Shown here: positions 17,439 through 26,238 of the stretch, in pieces
Position numbering within the stretch: position 1 is the first letter of the stretch
How the letters are laid out: the number at the start of each line of letters is the position of its first letter
Sequence record: KY608965.1
From: Escherichia phage phiEC1
Length of the DNA stretch: 64,000 nucleotides
Reading direction: 5' to 3' (one strand)
Program-made: the position numbers and the translations under genes
Notes under the pieces: generated by a model
Database searches by the model: none
What the model saw: only the letters and a program-made list of their open reading frames with translations
Told to the model about the DNA's origin: nothing

Positions 17439-18047
17439 TTATTTCAAAGAGTTAATATATTCTTGTACATCAGCAGAAGTGGTTTCGACACCAGCTGGAG
17501 TGCCATTGAACGTTTCAACACGAGTCAGAGTGTCTTCGATATCAACCTTAGTCAGTGCAGCGATTTCAATTACATCATCGGCCGTAGAGATACCAAGGGC
17601 ATTAGCTGCTCGAGTTTCACGAATGTATTCGAGTTTGATTGCCAGATTCTGACGAGCATCGTCAAGTTCAACAACCTTACGAGCAATTTCAATTCGCATA
17701 GCGGCATACCCGTCAGCTTTTGTATTAAGTTGTTCGGCCGTTCGACGATACAGAAGACCAAGCTTAGCATGCATGGTAACATCTTGTCCTTCAGCCAGGA
17801 GCTTACGAATTTCACGTTCCTTAGAAGCGGCTTGCTTGTTCTTTTCATTAACAAGTTCGCGAATACGTTTTTCTTCATTAATAGATTTAACAGAAGCCGT
17901 TTTTAGTTCTTTGATTTGGGTAATCAACTTATCTGCAGCTGCGTTATACTGTTCTTCGACAGTCAGATTTTTAGCCATAGCAGTACTCAGTTTAGTGCGG
18001 ATGAATTCAACAAGTTTCTTCAGTGTGTTCATATTATTACCTTTCAA
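17439..18047 (-). CDS. Coiled-coil protein, possibly PspA/IM30-like
   Basis: 202 aa; heptad-rich charged sequence of PspA-like length; no diagnostic motif. Confidence 0.4.
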   Translation of the reverse strand: MKGNNMNTLKKLVEFIRTKLSTAMAKNLTVEEQYNAAADKLITQIKELKTASVKSINEEKRIRELVNEKNKQAASKEREIRKLLAEGQDVTMHAKLGLLYRRTAEQLNTKADGYAAMRIEIARKVVELDDARQNLAIKLEYIRETRAANALGISTADDVIEIAALTKVDIEDTLTRVETFNGTPAGVETTSADVQEYINSLK

Positions 18048-18102
18048 TTGGTGGTTTATTATCCAATGAGAGCATTATACTCTGCTCTCAAGAGTTTGTA
18101 AA

Positions 18103-18330
18103 TTATTTTTTAATCAAATTGACATAAAACTCGGCGTCTTCCGGGTGCATGCCTTCACAGTATTCTTCAACCATGAACTTCTTAACGGCTTCATAAGGAC
18201 CACTCAGATTAAGCTCAGTTGTCCAGAACTTGGAATCTTGGACTGAATCGATACGAACTTCAGGGTGACGGTTGCGAATAACTTCTTCGGTGTATTCATA
18301 ATCAACAACATCAATACTAACTGTAGCCAT
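18103..18330 (-). CDS. Hypothetical protein
   Basis: 75 aa ORF. Confidence 0.4.
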   Translation of the reverse strand: MATVSIDVVDYEYTEEVIRNRHPEVRIDSVQDSKFWTTELNLSGPYEAVKKFMVEEYCEGMHPEDAEFYVNLIKK

Positions 18331-18349
18331 TTTGTTTCTCCTCTTGATT

Positions 18350-18389
18350 TGATGTGATTACTATAACATAAACTTACTTAGATGTAAAT
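18350..18389 (-). promoter_or_regulatory. Early promoter cassette (PeSL-like), degenerate
   Basis: gatgtgattactataacataaac with gtaaat at 18384-18389. Confidence 0.4.
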
Positions 18390-18542
18390 TATTTCAACGT
18401 CACCTTTAGCGGCTTTATAACCTTCAGCCCAAGATACAACAGAGTTTTTATCTGAGGATTCAAATTCAGGCATTGGACTTTCACCAATATTCACACAATA
18501 TGTTTCTTCATTTTCATCGAACCAAATAATTAAAGTAGTCAT
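18378..18542 (-). CDS. Small hypothetical protein (54 aa)
   Basis: Manual translation MTTLIIWFDENEETYCVNIGE...; leader and first codons identical to the ORF at 55176. Confidence 0.35.
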   Translation of the reverse strand: MTTLIIWFDENEETYCVNIGESPMPEFESSDKNSVVSWAEGYKAAKGDVEIIYI

Positions 18543-18554
18543 TTTGTTTACTCC

Positions 18555-18600
18555 TCTGTAGTTGATAAGTTTATAGTATCACCGTCCTTGGTGCTTGTAC
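18555..18600 (-). promoter_or_regulatory. Early promoter/leader cassette, duplicated at 55195-55236
   Basis: gtttactcctctgtagttgataagtttatagtatcac nearly identical to 55183-55222. Confidence 0.45.
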
Positions 18601-18610
18601 ATCATTATTT

Positions 18611-18943
18611 TTAATTTTTCCAACTTAACAACTTGTAGTGTCCTTCATTAACACGTGGTTTATCCCAAGAAATACTAATATATGATTCACTGTCAATAGA
18701 AGTCGCCGGGTTTTTCTCTACCGTAAGACCTTCACTTTCCAGCCATTCAATAGTATTTGCGCATAAATCAGAAGAACACCTCATTGGAAACCGGCAAGAT
18801 TTTTCACCTTTAGCTGCAGTGTTATACATCTTTTCTAAAATACGCTTTTGCACGTTTTTAAAAATAGTTTCAGCAGATTCTTCAGATTTTTTATTCAGTT
18901 CGGTATAAAGACTCATAACATTCTTCTCATTAATAGTGCTCAT
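18611..18943 (-). CDS. Hypothetical protein
   Basis: 110 aa ORF. Confidence 0.4.
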   Translation of the reverse strand: MSTINEKNVMSLYTELNKKSEESAETIFKNVQKRILEKMYNTAAKGEKSCRFPMRCSSDLCANTIEWLESEGLTVEKNPATSIDSESYISISWDKPRVNEGHYKLLSWKN

Positions 18944-18973
18944 AATATCTCAATCATAAGCCCGTGTAAACAA

Positions 18974-19249
18974 TTATTTCATATTATTGAAATAATCTTC
19001 CGCATCAAAATCGTTATCATGGTAAACTTTGGTAGACGATTTGGCGTAGCCTTCAGCAGAGAACATATTAATCACAACTTTAATTGTATACCACTGTCCA
19101 TCTTCATTACCCATTACTGCATAGGTTTCATACACCGGGTGTTCAGGTCCAATAACTTTAATATCATTCACTGTACGTCCGAAATCTTCTGGAACGCATT
19201 TCATAAAGAAGTTGAACAGTTCACCGTAATTATCCATTTCATTCTCCAA
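18974..19249 (-). CDS. Hypothetical protein
   Basis: 91 aa ORF. Confidence 0.4.
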   Translation of the reverse strand: MENEMDNYGELFNFFMKCVPEDFGRTVNDIKVIGPEHPVYETYAVMGNEDGQWYTIKVVINMFSAEGYAKSSTKVYHDNDFDAEDYFNNMK

Positions 19250-19270
19250 GTTTTTTCTGTATCGGTAGTT

Positions 19271-19309
19271 GATAGTTGTATAGTACCACGGAAGAACAGG
19301 GATGTAAAC
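19271..19309 (-). promoter_or_regulatory. Early promoter cassette (PeSL-like)
   Basis: gatagttgtatagtaccac with gtaaac at 19304-19309. Confidence 0.45.
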
Positions 19310-19443
19310 AGTTTTGTGAAAAAATTTTTAAAAAGTTTTGTGGAATTCTAGGGCAGGGAGAGGAAATTAAAAAGTAGGATAATATATTATAAAGGGTATA
19401 AACTAAATGATGTGCCTAGAGAGGCCCTGAAAGGCCTAGATAC

Positions 19444-19472
19444 CAAAAAGCCCCAACCTTTCGGAAGGGGCT
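19444..19472 (-). terminator. Rho-independent terminator downstream of tRNA-like region
   Basis: Minus strand AGCCCCTTCCGAAAGGTTGGGGC hairpin followed by TTTTTGG. Confidence 0.55.
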
Positions 19473-19511
19473 ATACCTTGTCGGGGTTCCACCTGCAAGG
19501 CAAGTGTTTGT

Positions 19512-19603
19512 ACGAAACGCCGGGATTCGAACCCGGTTATTGAGTAGTTGACGCTACTCAATATTTTTAAAAGGCCATATCTCGACCATATCCGAACATT
19601 CCG
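19512..19603 (-). ncRNA. tRNA-like element (canonical T-arm, non-canonical body)
   Basis: Minus strand has CCGGG-TTCGAAT-CCCGG T-arm (19520-19536) and a possible 7-bp acceptor pairing CGGAATG/CGTTTCG, but no convincing anticodon stem; T4 encodes tRNA-like stable RNAs in its tRNA cluster. Confidence 0.3.
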
Positions 19604-19771
19604 TCAAAAACGCTACTCGGCTTACGGCAAAGATATTTCCTCGAATCGATAATTCGGTGCGCCGTTTCTGCTGTGATGTAAGGGGATATTAACGAATCAT
19701 AAAGATTTATTAAGACCAGTCCTTAATCAGGGAACATCAGTCCGACGACTTGCCGGTAGCGACCCGGCTTC

Positions 19772-20116
19772 TTATTTTGACATATCATCAATTTGTTCTC
19801 TACGTCTACGCCATAGATTAATTACTTCATCAACACATTCGGCGTTTGATATATGACGGCAATAATATAATGATTCGCGTTTCTGGAACCGATGTTGCAA
19901 TGGGATTTCGTTTAAAAGGTCTTTACGGTCAAAGTATTCAAAACTAGTTAACCCAGAACGGTTTTTAAGGAACTTCCAATGACCAAATTCATTTTGAACA
20001 TAGACGTAATCGGCATGCTGATACAGCGAATTAATTAACCTATTGGAAATAACTGTTTCACGTTCGTTAAAATAAAACGTTAAATCATGAACTACCAGAT
20101 AAACATTGCCTTTCAT
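19772..20116 (-). CDS. Hypothetical protein
   Basis: Start moved to ATG 20116 (MKGNVYLVVHDL...) with GAGGA Shine-Dalgarno, because the longer ORF would overlap tRNA-Arg. Confidence 0.4.
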   Translation of the reverse strand: MKGNVYLVVHDLTFYFNERETVISNRLINSLYQHADYVYVQNEFGHWKFLKNRSGLTSFEYFDRKDLLNEIPLQHRFQKRESLYYCRHISNAECVDEVINLWRRRREQIDDMSK

Positions 20117-20134
20117 ATTTTCCTCACTTAAAGT

Positions 20135-20211
<77 letters not shown>

Positions 20212-20217
20212 AATATA

Positions 20218-20291
20218 TGACCCAGACCAGATTCGAACTGGTAACCTTTCCCTTATGAGGGGACTGCTGCTAACCATTGAGCTACAGGGCC
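20218..20291 (-). tRNA. tRNA with CAU anticodon (Met or Ile-type)
   Basis: Minus strand: anticodon loop CTCATAA, T-arm ACCAG-TTCGAAT-CTGGT, acceptor GGCCCTG/CTGGGTC with one mismatch; 6 nt from tRNA-Arg. Confidence 0.7.
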
Positions 20292-20370
20292 TAAATAACT
20301 TTCTATTATGAAAGGCACTTTAGAGCACCTTTGGTAATAGAGGGTATGAATTAATAATAACACATAATTC

Positions 20371-20886
20371 TTAAAGCAAATCAACCATTTTAACGGTCGG
20401 CAAAACGATTTCTTCTTCAATATAAGCAAATTCGACACGTTCAACTACACGCAAGAAATCGTAATCATAGTATTCAGAAGCATAGCCAAGAATATCAATA
20501 AGACCTTGAGATATCTCATCGCCTTTCACAAAGAACAGGTCGAATACACGTGATTCATCTTCTTCAGATTTATTACCGAGGTCGACTTCGATACCAAAGA
20601 CCTTTTTAATGAATTCCGGATAAAGCTGGTCTGAGAACAGTCCTTCAACCAAGTATTCATAGATTAAAAGCGAGCAATCACTGAATGGTGTATTACCACA
20701 ATAACGTTCGGCTTTGGTGCTAGAATGACGGCTCTTAAATTTCTTCAAGAGATATTTAAACTGTTGGAGCTCATGCTCTTCCACTTCAAACAATGTTTTG
20801 GTTTTATAGTTGTCACCATCATTTTCATAGGTAGTGACATCAATTACGTAACCCTTAGGAATTGTACTGCCTAAACAAATATTCAT
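20371..20886 (-). CDS. Hypothetical protein
   Basis: 171 aa acidic ORF. Confidence 0.45.
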   Translation of the reverse strand: MNICLGSTIPKGYVIDVTTYENDGDNYKTKTLFEVEEHELQQFKYLLKKFKSRHSSTKAERYCGNTPFSDCSLLIYEYLVEGLFSDQLYPEFIKKVFGIEVDLGNKSEEDESRVFDLFFVKGDEISQGLIDILGYASEYYDYDFLRVVERVEFAYIEEEIVLPTVKMVDLL

Positions 20887-20890
20887 TTAC

Positions 20891-21181
20891 TCACCGTACC
20901 ATATTAATGTAATTATATTCAATGCAACGTAATTTCAAAGGATTCTTGAAAATATCATATTCAAGAGGACCTTTTTCTGTTTCAATAAAGAAATCAAAGT
21001 TCACACTATTAAATTTGCGGTCTTCCCAAAGTAATTTAACCTGTGAAGATGAACGGTCGATGTAAACCTTTTCAACTTCAAAGTGGGTCAAAATACCATA
21101 GTAATCGACTAGTGCTTTAGCTGCAGCTCGGTCGCTTTCATATCCATTCTCAACGGATTTTACCTTAGCATAAAGAATCAT
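20891..21181 (-). CDS. Hypothetical protein
   Basis: 96 aa ORF. Confidence 0.4.
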   Translation of the reverse strand: MILYAKVKSVENGYESDRAAAKALVDYYGILTHFEVEKVYIDRSSSQVKLLWEDRKFNSVNFDFFIETEKGPLEYDIFKNPLKLRCIEYNYINMVR

Positions 21182-21558
21182 GAATGTTCCACCATTTCAA
21201 AGGTATGAGCATCAACAATATGATACCAGTCAAAATTTTCTTCTGCGTTTTTATAAATTTCGCGAAGAGCCTCAACAGTTTTTCCTGTAGCAACAAGGTC
21301 GTCAATACCACCAAGAGGATAACAGTCATAACCAGCAAACAGAAGGAAATTAATAGTTTCTGTAGGTTCTGGATACAGAACTCCGTTATCGTCTACCACT
21401 TCAAAGAAAGTGTAAGAAGGAGTACAAGTTTTAATCCAGGCCCATGCTTGAGCTGCTGAATCAAACGGATTACGGAATAAACGACAATCCGGGTCTTTAG
21501 AAGGATTTGCTTCAAAATCAGCATATACATGATATTTCATTTTACTCACCTTTTGCAA
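21178..21558 (-). CDS. Hypothetical protein
   Basis: 126 aa ORF, overlapping start/stop with neighbours. Confidence 0.45.
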   Translation of the reverse strand: MQKVSKMKYHVYADFEANPSKDPDCRLFRNPFDSAAQAWAWIKTCTPSYTFFEVVDDNGVLYPEPTETINFLLFAGYDCYPLGGIDDLVATGKTVEALREIYKNAEENFDWYHIVDAHTFEMVEHS

Positions 21559-21748
21559 TTTTATCCATAACGATAGCGATTAAGCCGATTAGAAATGCTA
21601 CTACCAATGAGATAGAATTTTCTGTTGTTGTCAGTAGTCCACAAATGAATCCTACAAACATCGAAAAACTAAAAGCCATTGAAGCAATTACTACAGCAAC
21701 ATTACGAATCAGTTCAGCGCGTTTCATTTTATTTCTCCATTTACTCAT
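21542..21748 (-). CDS. Small membrane protein
   Basis: 68 aa; two hydrophobic segments. Confidence 0.4.
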   Translation of the reverse strand: MSKWRNKMKRAELIRNVAVVIASMAFSFSMFVGFICGLLTTTENSISLVVAFLIGLIAIVMDKIAKGE

Positions 21749-21755
21749 TTGATTT

Positions 21756-21794
21756 GATAGGACTACTATAACATAGTCCTATCAGCATGTAAAC
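21756..21794 (-). promoter_or_regulatory. Early promoter cassette (PeSL-like)
   Basis: gataggactactataacatagtcctatc with gtaaac at 21789-21794. Confidence 0.5.
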
Positions 21795-21797
21795 TAC

Positions 21798-22085
21798 TTA
21801 TAGAAGAGTTTTTGCAATAATTTTAAGCTGAGCTACAGAAATATGCTTAGCTTTAAACAGTGCAGTCTCTTCAGCCGGAGAGATAACAATAGTAGCGCCA
21901 TCTTTCTTAGCAGACCATCCATCCCCTAAGTAAACAGTACCTTTTACTTCTTCACCATCAACCAGACTAATCATTGGTTTACCCTCACGTCCTTTATTTG
22001 TTTTAATAACTTCAGAAGTAAGGGATGCTTCGGTCAGAGTAGAAACGTTAGCAACAGGTGATATAAATTCTTTATAGGTTTTCAT
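21798..22085 (-). CDS. ipI: Internal protein I-like capsid-targeted protein
   Basis: 95 aa; MKTYKEFI leader; adjacent to 57B as T4 ipI. Confidence 0.65.
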   Translation of the reverse strand: MKTYKEFISPVANVSTLTEASLTSEVIKTNKGREGKPMISLVDGEEVKGTVYLGDGWSAKKDGATIVISPAEETALFKAKHISVAQLKIIAKTLL

Positions 22086-22110
22086 TTTATTTCCTTGAGG
22101 CTGTTTATTT

Positions 22111-22149
22111 GATAGGATGATAGTAACACACCATCATCCTTATGTAAAC
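22111..22149 (-). promoter_or_regulatory. Early promoter cassette (PeSL-like)
   Basis: gataggatgatagtaacacaccatcatcc inverted repeat with gtaaac at 22144-22149, upstream of ipI. Confidence 0.45.
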
Positions 22150-22162
22150 TGTTTTGTAAAAA

Positions 22163-22848
<686 letters not shown>

Positions 22849-22852
22849 TTTA

Positions 22853-23587
22853 TTACCTTAAGATTGTTTCAATTTTAGAATAAAGCTCTTCTAAAGAGCT
22901 GTCGTTTGTAATAACTAAATCGCCTTCTTCAATAGGCAACCCAGCTTCTGTAATATGTTTATCGGTGGATTCCGTACCAGAGCGAACCACATGAATAACT
23001 GTAGCACCCATCGCTCTAGCGGTTTCCATTTCATGGACTTGACGTGTATCGGTTACGACATAGTAATCGAAATCACTTCCAATATAATCCATATAGTTTA
23101 ATGCAAAAAGTTTAACCCAATACATACGGTCAAATAAATTAACGACAACATCCGTACCGAGGGCTTGCATAAGACGGCGGATTGACCATGTGTCGTTGAT
23201 ATTATTTATAGCTTCACGCAGGGCTTCATATGGTTTAATATCTAGATACGAATATCCACCTTCTAACGATGATAATACTTTAACATTATTAATTGGTAAA
23301 TATTGACTTTGCAAATAAATTAGCGCTTCTTCCAATAATTCAATAACATCCAACTTATTGAGATTTAATGGTGTTTCACGGTCATATCCAACGCCTTCAA
23401 AGTATTCATATTTCAACTCTGTGAATACATCAGGATTTTCAGCATGCCTACGTCCCCAGGCTATTGCTAGAGCGTCTTTAATCGGATATGCCAATTGATA
23501 TTTTACGGATTTAAAGTTTGAATTGATGTAATCAGCAGTGGTGTCTTTACCACTACGTTTGATGCCGCTTAAAAAGATTAGCTCCAT
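22853..23587 (-). CDS. 1: Deoxynucleoside monophosphate kinase
   Basis: 244 aa; FLSGIKRSGKDTTADYI P-loop and ...ARAMGATVIHVVR... matching remembered T4 gp1. Confidence 0.9.
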   Translation of the reverse strand: MELIFLSGIKRSGKDTTADYINSNFKSVKYQLAYPIKDALAIAWGRRHAENPDVFTELKYEYFEGVGYDRETPLNLNKLDVIELLEEALIYLQSQYLPINNVKVLSSLEGGYSYLDIKPYEALREAINNINDTWSIRRLMQALGTDVVVNLFDRMYWVKLFALNYMDYIGSDFDYYVVTDTRQVHEMETARAMGATVIHVVRSGTESTDKHITEAGLPIEEGDLVITNDSSLEELYSKIETILR

Positions 23588-23640
23588 AGGTTTTCCTCAT
23601 ATAATTTATGAGTGATTATAACATACGGAGCTAGAAGCGA

Positions 23641-24231
23641 TTAACGCAAAGAAGGGTGTCTAGAAATGGATTTAGATTCGACCGCTTGACGTGGTTGTTG
23701 AGATACAATGACTTCACCATCTTTTTCTATCGTCATATACGCGTAATGAATAGTTGCTACGCAAGTAACGGCAGGGTCAGAGTCTTCAGTGTAACTAAAT
23801 TCAATTTCACTCAAATCAGAAATCCATGGTTTATAGAAATTTGCTGTCAAAACTACTTCTGTTTTATTGTTGTTTAAAATGTGCAAAGTAACAAACTCAG
23901 GACCATCAGAGTGGGCCGTATTATGGCCGGTTATATAGTTATTAGTGCTGAGCATCCATTTATACATGTTCATCCAGGACGTCATGTCTTCATCAACTAT
24001 AAATCGTACAATAAAAGGGTCATATTCAAATGTGGTGCCTGCACGCATTGCACGTCCTAAACCCATTGTGCCTGTCACAGTTTCAACAACAGGAATTCTC
24101 ACACCTGGCAATGGTGCCGTTTGGGCATTGAGCACAAAACCTGAAGTTCGTGTACTATCCGGGATATCCACAACAAAGTTTGTTATATTTGTTTGGTTAA
24201 AAATCTGTCTCGCTGGACGAGTCATAAGCAC
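23641..24231 (-). CDS. 3: Tail completion / sheath stabilizer protein (gene 3), by synteny
   Basis: 196 aa ORF between genes 1 and 2. Confidence 0.55.
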   Translation of the reverse strand: MLMTRPARQIFNQTNITNFVVDIPDSTRTSGFVLNAQTAPLPGVRIPVVETVTGTMGLGRAMRAGTTFEYDPFIVRFIVDEDMTSWMNMYKWMLSTNNYITGHNTAHSDGPEFVTLHILNNNKTEVVLTANFYKPWISDLSEIEFSYTEDSDPAVTCVATIHYAYMTIEKDGEVIVSQQPRQAVESKSISRHPSLR

Positions 24232-24327
24232 CTCAAAAACGCTTTAATAAAAATGCAGTATAATGGTTTTAGGTCTCTTCCATTAATCCGGTTCAACAGA
24301 ATATCAGACGAACGGAAGAGAATAGAA

Positions 24328-25149
24328 TTAAGATTTCCAAACAGTATTTGCAGAGAAACGTTTTCCTTTTGACATAAACTGTTGAGTAGGTAACATGATT
24401 ATGTTAGCCCAGTCTTTAGGAGCTATTTCTGTTATTGTTCCTCTAATGTGACCTGGCAGGTATGCTTTAATCATTTTGTCAGCACCTTGAAATCCTTTCA
24501 CCTTACTCCAGTCTATTTTCAACTTTGTGTTATTAGTAATAGTAGTTGTGCTAGCATATTGCTTCAGCAATTCTTCAAGAAACTGTTGACGTGCTTTAGG
24601 TGGGATATAGTGCAAGTTTAACCCATACATCAAATTATGTTTACCTAATCCTAAATAAATAATCAAAGGATATCGGTCCCAGTATGGCAGAGTATCTTTA
24701 TGTTTAGCATCATAAACGTAAGTATAAATTTTGCCTGGCGTAGGCTTGACTACTTTATGGCCTTTTACACTTTTCTTAATTGTTTCAACAAACCACTTAG
24801 ATGATTTGTTGTTTACTGCTGCGCCTTCATTTCTAATCTTTTCTCGTATTGAACTGCGAAACGAGTTTATCATCAGAAGTTGACGTTCTTGCTTATTGAG
24901 TTTATTTTTAGGTTTAGATTCAAGCGTTTCAATTTTCTGTGCAGTCTTAATAGATGATGCATATCTAGACATTGCAGATGTAAACGACGAGTATTTTATT
25001 CCTTTTGATTCTGCAAATGCTTTTGCAGTGATTCCTTTCTCTTTAGCTTTCTTGTATTCTAATCCTATCTCAATCCATTTTCTTTCATTCATAGACTGAG
25101 CAATCTTAGGGGCTTGTACGCCTTCAGATATAATTTGGAATATGCTCAT
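24328..25149 (-). CDS. 2: DNA end protector protein (gene 2), by synteny and length
   Basis: 273 aa basic protein between genes 3 and 4. Confidence 0.7.
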   Translation of the reverse strand: MSIFQIISEGVQAPKIAQSMNERKWIEIGLEYKKAKEKGITAKAFAESKGIKYSSFTSAMSRYASSIKTAQKIETLESKPKNKLNKQERQLLMINSFRSSIREKIRNEGAAVNNKSSKWFVETIKKSVKGHKVVKPTPGKIYTYVYDAKHKDTLPYWDRYPLIIYLGLGKHNLMYGLNLHYIPPKARQQFLEELLKQYASTTTITNNTKLKIDWSKVKGFQGADKMIKAYLPGHIRGTITEIAPKDWANIIMLPTQQFMSKGKRFSANTVWKS

Positions 25150-25151
25150 AA

Positions 25152-25601
25152 TTACCCCTTGTATCCGAGTTTTCTAAGTCCGTCTTCGGTTAGAACTCGA
25201 AATTTTATATTTCTCTTTTCAGCAACAGCTGAGGCAGCTTTCCATTTGTCACAGTTCACAGACCACGTGTAGATTTCATTCATATAACGTTTCTTAGCCG
25301 CAGTTGTAAGATTCACCGGTTTAATAGGTGGCTGAGTTTCTTTCTTTGGTTTTATTTCTACAAAGAACTCTTGACCTGATGCATCTTTCATCCATATGTC
25401 CATATAGTATCGACGTTTCTTACCTTCAGCATTACAAAAATATGGAATTACTGCTGTTTCACTACCCCATGCAATAATTTCTGGATTTTTATCCAACCAT
25501 TCGAAAAAGAATTTTTCCCAGTTTGAACGATACGTTATTTTGGTATGGTCTCCACGGTATTTTTTTAAATTTTTTGGGACCCATTTACCAGAGTAGGCCA
25601 T
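25152..25601 (-). CDS. 4: Head completion protein (gene 4), by synteny and length
   Basis: 149 aa; divergent from gene 53. Confidence 0.7.
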   Translation of the reverse strand: MAYSGKWVPKNLKKYRGDHTKITYRSNWEKFFFEWLDKNPEIIAWGSETAVIPYFCNAEGKKRRYYMDIWMKDASGQEFFVEIKPKKETQPPIKPVNLTTAAKKRYMNEIYTWSVNCDKWKAASAVAEKRNIKFRVLTEDGLRKLGYKG

Positions 25602-25612
25602 GTTGTCCTCCT

Positions 25613-25620
25613 TATAAATA
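25613..25620 (+). promoter_or_regulatory. T4-type late promoter TATAAATA for gene 53
   Basis: TATAAATA about 43 nt upstream of the gene 53 start. Confidence 0.55.
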
Positions 25621-25627
25621 GTATTAT

Positions 25628-25635
25628 TATTTATA
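25628..25635 (-). promoter_or_regulatory. T4-type late promoter TATAAATA for gene 4
   Basis: tatttata on plus, 27 nt upstream of the gene 4 ATG at 25601. Confidence 0.5.
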
Positions 25636-25662
25636 CCAATTTCATATTGGAAGGAGACTATC

Positions 25663-26238
25663 TTGTTATTTACATTCTTCGACCCAATAGGATATAGTGC
25701 TAAAACAGTTGATAAGAATGCACCTACTATTCCTATGACAGATATATTTCGTAACTATAAAGAGTACTTTAAGCGTGTTGCTGCCAATTATAGATTACGT
25801 TCTTATTACATTAAAGGCTCTCCACGTCCTGAAGAACTAGCAAACATAATTTATGGAAACCCTCAATTATACTGGGTCCTTTTGATGTGCAACGATAACT
25901 ATGACCCGTATTATGGTTGGATTACATCTCAGGAAGCAGCGTATCAAGCTTCTATTCAGAAATATGCAAATGCCGGCGGAGACCAAATTCTTTATCATAT
26001 TAACGAGAACCGTGAGAAATTTTACAATTTGGTTTCATATCCGGACGAGCCTTTAGTGTGGTACGATAAAGGTGATGAAGCTCGTAAGTATCCGCAATAT
26101 AAAGGACCTTTAGCTGCAGTAGATACTTATGAAGCGGCAGTATTAGATAATGAAAAACTTCGTAAAATAAAAATTGTTGCAAAAGAAGATATAAACTCGT
26201 TTATCACAGATTTGATTCGAGAGATGGAGATTGCATAA
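25663..26238 (+). CDS. 53: Baseplate wedge protein gp53
   Basis: 191 aa MLFTFFDPIGY...GNPQLYWVLLMCNDNYDPYYGWITSQEAAYQ matches remembered T4 gp53; apparent TTG start after AAGGAG. Confidence 0.85.
   Translation: MLFTFFDPIGYSAKTVDKNAPTIPMTDIFRNYKEYFKRVAANYRLRSYYIKGSPRPEELANIIYGNPQLYWVLLMCNDNYDPYYGWITSQEAAYQASIQKYANAGGDQILYHINENREKFYNLVSYPDEPLVWYDKGDEARKYPQYKGPLAAVDTYEAAVLDNEKLRKIKIVAKEDINSFITDLIREMEIA

Noticed and set aside
17388-17906. Plus-strand ORFs inside the minus-strand early array (for example 17388-17906, 1642-1977, 2520-2804, 13177-13431)
   Set aside because: They lie antisense to longer minus-strand ORFs that are tightly spaced with promoters and ribosome-binding sites; low-complexity translations; treated as frame shadows.
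19772-20116. Possible degenerate homing endonuclease in the tRNA region (T4 has segB here)
   Set aside because: Only 114 aa and no recognisable GIY-YIG or HNH motif; left as hypothetical.
20253-20444. 63 aa minus-strand ORF
   Set aside because: Overlaps the CAU-anticodon tRNA at 20218-20291; the tRNA fold is the better explanation.
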